Shown: positions 18,911 through 24,097 of the stretch, piece after piece | Position numbering within the stretch: the first letter of the stretch is position 1 | Layout of the letters: each line of letters starts with the position of its first letter | Notes under the pieces: model-generated | What the model was told of the DNA's origin: nothing | Database searches by the model: none | The model's input: the letters and a program-made list of their open reading frames with translations, nothing else | Made by a program: the position numbers and the translations under genes | Source of the DNA: a virus | Lineage: Duplodnaviria > Caudoviricetes | DNA length: 24,606 nucleotides | Virus record (IMG/VR): IMGVR_UViG_3300037458_000739 | Span: 1 to 24,606 of that record | Direction: 5' to 3' (one strand)

Positions 18911-18967
18911 AAAAAAAAAAAATAAAGTTAGAAAATAAATACTACCACCCCCCTTAGGAGTGGTAGT
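18911..18967 (-). terminator. Intrinsic terminator upstream of the RNAP unit
   Basis: ACTACCACTCC-TAAG-GGGGGTGGTAGT hairpin followed by a U-rich tract and a 12-T run. Confidence 0.65.
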
Positions 18968-19253
18968 CAAGTTTCATCATATGAGCTGTAAGCTCATTCA
19001 TCTTCTTTAATAGCTCAGGATCTTGTGTTACACTATGCTTTTCAGCAATGATTGTAAACTCTCTGCTTAGTTCTGCAAATTCTTCTATCTTAGTCTTTTC
19101 ACACTTCACAAAATGTTTTTTGTAACTTTCATCGACCTCTTTCACGCAAGCATGGTACTCTTCCATGTTTACGAACCCCTTGGGCGTATCCAGAGGAGGT
19201 CCAATAAAGAACGCTCTGAACTTCGACCAAGGAGGAGGTTTTTTATTTGACAT
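18954..19253 (-). CDS. Hypothetical protein (99 aa)
   Basis: TAATG-coupled ORF. Confidence 0.7.
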   Translation of the reverse strand: MSNKKPPPWSKFRAFFIGPPLDTPKGFVNMEEYHACVKEVDESYKKHFVKCEKTKIEEFAELSREFTIIAEKHSVTQDPELLKKMNELTAHMMKLDYHS

Positions 19254-19666
19254 TACTGGCTAAACTTATGAACAACCCAGTCCTTCTGCTCGCGAAGCTT
19301 ACGGACTACTGTGTTATAAATAGTCTTTGATTCCGCGTCCAGATGGTCTTGATATGCCTTCGTCATGTCTTGCAAATCGCTTCGGTACTCTTGCACCTTA
19401 AGTTCGGCGGTTACAAGTTCATTAGACGTCTTAGCAAGTACTGTACTAAGCTCTTCAATTTGTTGTTGCTGAAGCTTAATTACATTATCACGCTCCTCTG
19501 CTTTTGCTTTTAGACTTACTACTTGTTCTCGCATCATCATGTAGTCCGTAGTTCCGACATACGCGAACGTACCAATCAGAACTAACAGTGCTACCTTCAA
19601 GTAAGTCTTTGCATCTTCCCAAAGGACACGCCATGTATAGGGACGATAAACGACAACAGTGTTCAT
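19253..19666 (-). CDS. Membrane-anchored coiled-coil protein
   Basis: AAGGAG SD; N-terminal TM helix followed by a heptad-rich region. Confidence 0.75.
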   Translation of the reverse strand: MNTVVVYRPYTWRVLWEDAKTYLKVALLVLIGTFAYVGTTDYMMMREQVVSLKAKAEERDNVIKLQQQQIEELSTVLAKTSNELVTAELKVQEYRSDLQDMTKAYQDHLDAESKTIYNTVVRKLREQKDWVVHKFSQ

Positions 19667-19680
19667 AGTAACTCCTTTGA

Positions 19681-19764
19681 TTAAATAATACCAGTTGAAA
19701 TAAACACAATCAAACCAATTATAATTATAATAGACACACTCCCGACTACTTTGTGAATATCCAT
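19681..19764 (-). CDS. Small hydrophobic peptide (27 aa, MDIHKVVGSVSIIIIIGLIVFISTGII)
   Basis: TAAGGA SD; hand-translated. Confidence 0.45.
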   Translation of the reverse strand: MDIHKVVGSVSIIIIIGLIVFISTGII

Positions 19765-19777
19765 ATGTTTCCTTATG

Positions 19778-19810
19778 TGGTAGGCCGGATAGGATTTGAA
19801 CCTATGACCA
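19778..19810 (-). pseudogene. 3' half of a split tRNA (variable loop, T arm, acceptor strand, ACCA)
   Basis: TGGTC-ATAGG-TTCAAAT-CCTAT-CCGGCCT-A-CCA; acceptor strand pairs with GGGCCGG at 20378-20384. Confidence 0.88.
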
Positions 19811-19814
19811 AAAA

Positions 19815-19890
19815 CGGTATGCCAGCTCGGAGTCGAACCGAGGATCAATATCTTATGAGGATACTGCTTTAACCACTAAGCTACTGGCAC
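19815..19890 (-). tRNA. tRNA with CAT anticodon, probably tRNA-Ile2 (lysidine-modified); ends A-CCG instead of A-CCA
   Basis: GTGCCAG/CTGGCAT acceptor, GTATC-CT-CAT-AA-GATAT anticodon arm, CTCGG-TTCGACT-CCGAG T arm; C4-G69 and C5-G68 (TilS determinants); no initiator features. Confidence 0.85.
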
Positions 19891-20331
19891 ATTGAGAACA
19901 AATTTTCTTCTTGCTTCGATAGCTTCACTTTCAGTATTGAATCTTCCAATATAATGGCGTTTTCCGTTTATATTGTAATGTGCACTATACTTTTTACCAA
20001 CTTTCCAAACACCAACATTATCATGGTCAGATCTTTTTGAGTTTCTGTTATTTTCAGAAGCTGTTAAAAGTCTTAGGTTTTCAATTCTATTATCTGAGCG
20101 ATCACGATTGATGTGATCTACAGTAAAGTTGGCAGGAATTTCGTTGTTGAAATAGATCCATATCAGTCGATGAGCCTGATAAAATCTCATATCTAGTTTG
20201 ATATGAACATATCCTCTGGAATTCATTGTCCCAGCAACACTTCCAGACCTGACTGGACCTCTTTGTTCTTTCCAAAGCAAGAGACCGTTTTTGTATACGA
20301 ATACTTTTTGTAAGTATTCTTTCGTTATCAT
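19876..20331 (-). CDS. HNH-AP2 homing endonuclease (151 aa)
   Basis: Start at ATG 20331 after AGGAG; AHRLIW...VDHINRDRSDNRIENLR (HNH) plus AP2-like GVWKVGKKYSAH..GKRHYIGRFNTESEAIEAR. Confidence 0.88.
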   Translation of the reverse strand: MITKEYLQKVFVYKNGLLLWKEQRGPVRSGSVAGTMNSRGYVHIKLDMRFYQAHRLIWIYFNNEIPANFTVDHINRDRSDNRIENLRLLTASENNRNSKRSDHDNVGVWKVGKKYSAHYNINGKRHYIGRFNTESEAIEARRKFVLNVPVA

Positions 20332-20358
20332 TTTAACTCCTAAAGTTAATAGATAAAT

Positions 20359-20384
20359 ACTCTGACCATCTGAGCTACCGGCCC
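20359..20384 (-). pseudogene. 5' half of a split tRNA (acceptor strand and D arm)
   Basis: GGGCCGG-TA-GCTC-AGATGGTCA-GAGT, followed by no pairable anticodon arm. Confidence 0.85.
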
Positions 20385-20388
20385 TAAG

Positions 20389-20463
20389 TGGTGGAAGCAA
20401 AGGGTTTCGAACCCCTGACCTATACCTTGTAAGGGTACCGCTCTACCCCTGAGCTATGCTTCC
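20389..20463 (-). tRNA. tRNA-Val(TAC)
   Basis: Full cloverleaf GGAAGCA...GTACC-CT-TAC-AA-GGTAT...TGCTTCC-A-CCA. Confidence 0.93.
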
Positions 20464-20731
20464 TACATCTATTGCCTTTTTCTTCTTTCTGACGCTCTTC
20501 TAATGTGAAGGTTCTTGTATCTTCGCCAATAGCATACCAGTACACTTTATTATTTGATTCAATCGAAGCTGCTACTTTTCTTTTCTTAAAGTGAGAAAGA
20601 GTTGCTGTGACTTGATTATAGTTAAGCTTAGTCTTCTCCATAATCTGCCGTGCTGTCATAAAGTCATCTTCATTTTCAAGGAGTGTTTGTATCTTATGAG
20701 TACAGGTTTCTTCCTTGTTAACTCTCCTCAT
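20420..20731 (-). CDS. Small winged-helix-like DNA-binding protein; its 3' end runs into tRNA-Val
   Basis: MTARQIMEKTKLNYNQVTATLSHFKKRKV helix-turn-helix plus wing pattern. Confidence 0.65.
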   Translation of the reverse strand: MRRVNKEETCTHKIQTLLENEDDFMTARQIMEKTKLNYNQVTATLSHFKKRKVAASIESNNKVYWYAIGEDTRTFTLEERQKEEKGNRCRKHSSGVERYPYKV

Positions 20732-20964
20732 TAAAAACTCCTCAAAAGCCCATCCTTAAATGTCCACAAAACTATAGTATTTCGACAGGCAGGAGAATTT
20801 TCATATCTGTTGTAGTCTTCACCGGGATACACTACCCCATAAGCAAAGGCTCCATCAAACATATTATTGTAACGAATAACTTTTACTGCTCTTGTAAAGT
20901 CTCCAGGATAAAGACCCTCATTTGCAATTATAGCCCTTGCAATGTTTTCTGTTACTGTTGACAT
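20731..20964 (-). CDS. Hypothetical protein (77 aa)
   Basis: GGAGG SD; TAATG coupling. Confidence 0.75.
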   Translation of the reverse strand: MSTVTENIARAIIANEGLYPGDFTRAVKVIRYNNMFDGAFAYGVVYPGEDYNRYENSPACRNTIVLWTFKDGLLRSF

Positions 20965-21134
20965 TATTTGGATTCCTCCTGCATAGTTGACCAGTCTTTA
21001 ATACTAACGGATGTGCTATACTCGGTGACAGCCACTACAGGCATTTGCCCATAACCACTGTCATACATTATCCAAACTTCTTTATTCCTATCCTGAATCT
21101 TAGTAAGTGCATCAATCATTTCTTGAACAGTCAT
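20964..21134 (-). CDS. Hypothetical protein (56 aa, MTVQEMIDALTKIQDRNKEV...), not in ORF track
   Basis: AAAGGA SD; TAATG coupling to the next gene. Confidence 0.7.
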   Translation of the reverse strand: MTVQEMIDALTKIQDRNKEVWIMYDSGYGQMPVVAVTEYSTSVSIKDWSTMQEESK

Positions 21135-21287
21135 GCTTCTTCCTTTATTGAATTAGAGAATAGTGGCTCACATAAAGCAGTGTTTCCTTGACTTGGAGTT
21201 AAATTAAAAACTGGCGCTAACCCAGTCCACCACTATTCTCTAAACTGGCCTCTCGAAGTGGGCTCGAACCACTGACCTACAGCTTAG

Positions 21288-21904
21288 CTTCCTACTCCCT
21301 ATTACTAGGACCAATTACTCTTTTAGAGATTATTGTTGTAGGCTGGACTATATCATCACCATTTCAGGCGGAAGGCGTATAGTCTCTACGGATCCCATTA
21401 ATCTATGGTTTCCTCGGAGTTGTCCTGAAATCTTTTAAATTTCATTAGGAGATTCTCCGATATAGCCTTCTTCATTTCATGGGTTAACTCATGGAGTTGT
21501 GCATATCTTGAGAACTTTCCAGAACAAGATCTAGAACAAAACACTCCATATTTCTTTTCAGATGTCTGGAATGCCAGCCTATATTCTCGCTCAAAGATAG
21601 TATCACAATGTGGACATTTTAAATAGCACATTGTAATACCTTGTTCAAGACCATGCAAACGATTATGCTCTCTTGAATCTAATACTTCTAGATTTTCGAT
21701 TACATTGTTTCGTTTATTTCCATCTTTATGATGTACAACTTCATTCTCTAACAAAAGTCTACCTAGGTAATTTTCCATCACAATACGATGATGAAATACA
21801 TAGCCTAGCTTAGTAGCCTTAGGATGCTCTGGCACTTTACAGTACCAATAGACTCCTTTGGAGATTAACTTTTGTATTTCCCACATGAACGCTCCTTTAC
21901 ATTA
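21288..21904 (-). mobile_element. Group I intron in the tRNA-Arg anticodon (617 nt, after U34)
   Basis: P2 UUCAUG/CAUGAA, P3 GAAGGC/GCCUUC, P4 UCGGAG/CUCCGA, R GUAGAGACUAUA, S GAUGAUAUAGUCC, P9 CCUAC/GUAGG, terminal G. Confidence 0.9.
21398..21886 (-). CDS. Intron-encoded HNH homing endonuclease with C-terminal Zn-finger
   Basis: HHRIVME..LGR.L...EVVHHKDGNKRNNVIENL; CPHC...FCSRSC; AAGGAG SD. Confidence 0.88.
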   Translation of the reverse strand: MWEIQKLISKGVYWYCKVPEHPKATKLGYVFHHRIVMENYLGRLLLENEVVHHKDGNKRNNVIENLEVLDSREHNRLHGLEQGITMCYLKCPHCDTIFEREYRLAFQTSEKKYGVFCSRSCSGKFSRYAQLHELTHEMKKAISENLLMKFKRFQDNSEETID

Positions 21905-22165
21905 AAGGCTGTTGTTCTATCCAACTGAACTATCGAGAGAATTACAACCCAAGGAGCACTTTTTAGAATGCCCTATGGGTTGTAACCCGAGAGATAACAC
22001 AGAAACTAGCTAAGAATCTATATAAATCTCGTCTTACAGCTTGCTAGCTACAGCTTTCTCAAGGCCATAGCATCACCGTACGGTTCAGGGTTGAGAGCCC
22101 TACATAATATAAGCTTCCTCCTTTAATTGTTTAACACCGTAAGTTCACAATTAAAGGCCATTATA

Positions 22166-22213
22166 GCATCTTACACCAGAGGTGTTTCGTTCTTTTGAAC
22201 TCATCAGAGATGC
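22166..22213 (-). ncRNA. Type I hammerhead ribozyme
   Basis: GCAUCU-CUGAUGA-GUUC-AAAA-GAAC-GAAA-CACC-UCU-GGUG-UA^AGAUGC: full conserved core, three intact stems, GUA cleavage triplet. Confidence 0.9.
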
Positions 22214-22215
22214 AT

Positions 22216-22291
22216 TGGTGCCACCTGTCAGACTTGAACTGACGACCTTCCGCTTACAAGGCGGGTGCTCTACCAACTGAGCTAAAGTGGC
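22216..22291 (-). tRNA. tRNA-Thr(TGT)
   Basis: Full 76-nt cloverleaf GCCACTT...CCCGC-CT-TGT-AA-GCGGA...AGGTGGC-A-CCA. Confidence 0.93.
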
Positions 22292-22325
22292 ATTATAACC
22301 CTCTTGTTAGAGGGTACTTCGGGAT

Positions 22326-22457
22326 TTACACCCGTTGGATTGTCACCTGGTAAGGTGCTTCTCCCTGATCCTGACACCATGCACAGATTGTCGCTCTTGG
22401 TACACTAGTCAGTATTTCCATGACACAATCAGAGAATAAGGCAATTACTCTGAACAT
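22326..22457 (-). CDS. Small hypothetical protein (43 aa, MFRVIALFSDCVMEIL...)
   Basis: AAGGAG SD; hand-translated. Confidence 0.55.
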   Translation of the reverse strand: MFRVIALFSDCVMEILTSVPRATICAWCQDQGEAPYQVTIQRV

Positions 22458-22587
22458 GTCTGCTCCTTCTGCCCTTTGGGCTTTTAGATCTGCACTATTA
22501 CAGACCTCTTAAGGATACATTCAAATACCCTTAAGAGGTGTACGTTTTTAACCCCGATGGAAAACGTACAAACCACCTCAGGAAACT

Positions 22588-22878
22588 TTACAGCTTAGAA
22601 ACTGTCTCTACGAAATCGTGAATGTCACAAAGATCCTTAGCCTCTTTCAAACCAATACCGAAAAGGCTTCGTAGGAGCTTGATCTGGTCAAGCTTTGTTC
22701 TTGTCAGCTTATAGAGGGCTTTCATTCCAACTAGTGGAACTGAGACTGACCTTTCACTGTCGTAGATAACATAGCAGATAGCAATGGTGTCAAAATGAAT
22801 ATTATTATATTTATAAGAAACTTTTGTTTCTTGGCTGTTTACTGCATCTTTAAACAATTGTCCAAGAGAATCAGTCAT
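22588..22878 (-). CDS. Protein with a ribosomal L7/L12 C-terminal-like motif
   Basis: IKLLRSLFGIGLKEAKDLCD resembles the bL12 IKxxRxxxGLGLKEAKDLVE motif. Confidence 0.6.
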   Translation of the reverse strand: MTDSLGQLFKDAVNSQETKVSYKYNNIHFDTIAICYVIYDSERSVSVPLVGMKALYKLTRTKLDQIKLLRSLFGIGLKEAKDLCDIHDFVETVSKL

Positions 22879-22895
22879 GCTTCTTCCTTTTTAAA

Positions 22896-22980
22896 TGGTG
22901 CGAACGGCCGGACTCGAACCGGCACGCTGTGAAGCGAGAGATTTTAAGTCTCTTGTGTCTACCTATTTCACCACGTTCGC
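22896..22980 (-). tRNA. tRNA-Leu(TAA)
   Basis: 85-nt class II cloverleaf, AGAGA-CT-TAA-AA-TCTCT, long variable arm, ACCA. Confidence 0.93.
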
Positions 22981-22989
22981 TTTCTCAGC

Positions 22990-23021
22990 TCTTCATATAA
23001 GATACCTTATTTTCCGCGTTT
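22990..23021 (-). promoter_or_regulatory. 32-bp repeated motif, copy 1 (putative phage promoter)
   Basis: AAACGCGGAAAATAAGGTATCTTATATGAAGA, 30/32 identical to 23733-23764; ends 9 nt before tRNA-Leu. Confidence 0.65.
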
Positions 23022-23159
23022 CTTTTCAGGAAATGTAGAAGGTTTAGTTCCTACATTATTTTCTGCTGCCCACTGTCTTACAATCTTATCCTTGAATTCC
23101 TGAGCAGCCCTCATTTCTTCAGGTGTCAGAATCCTTCCAATGCCAGGCCTTTTCTTCAT
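23007..23159 (-). CDS. Small basic hypothetical protein (50 aa, MKKRPGIGRIL...)
   Basis: ATGA coupling and AGGAG SD; hand-translated. Confidence 0.55.
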   Translation of the reverse strand: MKKRPGIGRILTPEEMRAAQEFKDKIVRQWAAENNVGTKPSTFPEKKRGK

Positions 23160-23398
23160 GTCAAACTCCTAACTTCTTCAATGATTTTCAAAGCTTCTTC
23201 AACTGATACATAACCTCTTATTACTTCAGTTAGTTCATCCCTTTTCCAATATGCAACCTCTGCATTCTTACAGTGGAGTGGTGTATCAATTACTTTCTTA
23301 TTATCACAGTCATTTATCCAATCCCAGTGAACAGAGACTGTGTATCCATTGTCAAGAACTAGGCTAAAGCCTCTCGTATTAGAAACAAACTTAGACAT
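23156..23398 (-). CDS. Hypothetical protein (probable start MSKFVS)
   Basis: NGYTVSV...AEVA...VIRGY phage-type motif; start moved downstream. Confidence 0.7.
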   Translation of the reverse strand: MSKFVSNTRGFSLVLDNGYTVSVHWDWINDCDNKKVIDTPLHCKNAEVAYWKRDELTEVIRGYVSVEEALKIIEEVRSLT

Positions 23399-23489
23399 AA
23401 GTAATAAACAAGTTGATAAACCACATCCACATATAGGCAAGAACACCAATGCCAACCAAGAACCAAACAGTATACATACGGATCTTCAT
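23391..23489 (-). CDS. Small membrane peptide (32 aa, MKIRMYTVWFLVGIGVLAYMWMWFINLFITYV)
   Basis: Hand-translated; fills the gap between neighbours; hydrophobic. Confidence 0.5.
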   Translation of the reverse strand: MKIRMYTVWFLVGIGVLAYMWMWFINLFITYV

Positions 23490-23491
23490 AA

Positions 23492-23704
23492 TTAACCTTT
23501 CACGCAATAATTACCTTGAGTAGACCATCCAGCAGGGCATGGCCCTTTCTTAGGAATCGATTGCTTTTCTTGTCGAACTGCAACACAGTAATTACCTTGA
23601 GTAGAGTATCCTGCAGGGCAAGAGCCTACTTTAGGAACTACATCCTTTGCAAACACATTAACACTCATAAATAAACAGACTAACAGTGTAACAAACGTCT
23701 TCAT
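23492..23704 (-). CDS. Small secreted protein with two Cys-containing repeats
   Basis: Signal peptide ending VFA, then two CPAG(Y/W)STQGNYCV units; AGGAG SD. Confidence 0.8.
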   Translation of the reverse strand: MKTFVTLLVCLFMSVNVFAKDVVPKVGSCPAGYSTQGNYCVAVRQEKQSIPKKGPCPAGWSTQGNYCVKG

Positions 23705-23732
23705 GATTACTCCTATTAAAGTCCCTTTTGGG

Positions 23733-23764
23733 TCTTCATATAAGATACCTATTTTTCCGCGTTT
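23733..23764 (-). promoter_or_regulatory. 32-bp repeated motif, copy 2 (putative phage promoter)
   Basis: AAACGCGGAAAAATAGGTATCTTATATGAAGA; intergenic, directly after the endolysin stop. Confidence 0.65.
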
Positions 23765-23767
23765 TAT

Positions 23768-24097
23768 TTACTTTACAGTTCGCTGAAAATGAGGATCATC
23801 TTTAAATCTTTTCCAAAACATTCCCGCCTGATTTAGAGGATCTAATGACTCCCAATAATTACCAAGTTCAGACGGATAAACAAGAGTACCATTTGACGTA
23901 AAGTGAAGATCTGCAGCACACTTGTTTAAATGCATACTATTCATTGTCATAGATCTGCCAGTCTTCATATAGATTTGCTGTTGCTCAGGTGTTCTATACA
24001 CTTCCCCAATACGAACACCATATCCTATTTCCTGGGCTTTTGTGATTAACATCACCAAATGTTTAGAGAATATCTCTTGGTGTTCACCTAGTGTCAT
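23768..24097 (-). CDS. M15-family peptidase endolysin (L-Ala-D-Glu peptidase-like)
   Basis: YRTPEQQ, SMH...AADL and DDPHFQ Zn-binding motifs. Confidence 0.88.
   Translation of the reverse strand: MTLGEHQEIFSKHLVMLITKAQEIGYGVRIGEVYRTPEQQQIYMKTGRSMTMNSMHLNKCAADLHFTSNGTLVYPSELGNYWESLDPLNQAGMFWKRFKDDPHFQRTVK

Larger units (their letters stand above)
21246..21939 (-). tRNA. tRNA-Arg(TCT), intron-containing: exon 1 21939-21905, exon 2 21287-21246
   Basis: Joined exons give CTCTCGA/TCGAGAG acceptor, ACAGC-CT-T|CT-AA-GCTGT anticodon arm, A20 and G73 (Arg identity elements), CCA end. Confidence 0.9.

Noticed and set aside
18889-18913. Plus-strand hammerhead-like CTGATG...CGAAA
   Set aside because: Core reads CUGAUGU rather than CUGANGA, stems I and III are missing, and it is on the non-coding strand
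395-19709. Nested minus-strand alternative-frame ORFs 395-595, 4985-5206 and 19488-19709
   Set aside because: Each lies largely inside a better-supported gene in another frame
19811-20358. Self-splicing intron as explanation for the split tRNA
   Set aside because: No P7 R/S elements or group II domain V seen, and no junction restores a pairable anticodon stem
20332-20400. N-terminal extension of the HNH-AP2 ORF to TTG 20400
   Set aside because: It would translate through tRNA-Val and the tRNA 5' half; a strong AGGAG precedes ATG 20331
21976-21989. Twister-like GGGUUACAACCC on the minus strand
   Set aside because: Lacks the conserved AAG-C loop and the partner GAG and UAA elements; explained by an ordinary hairpin
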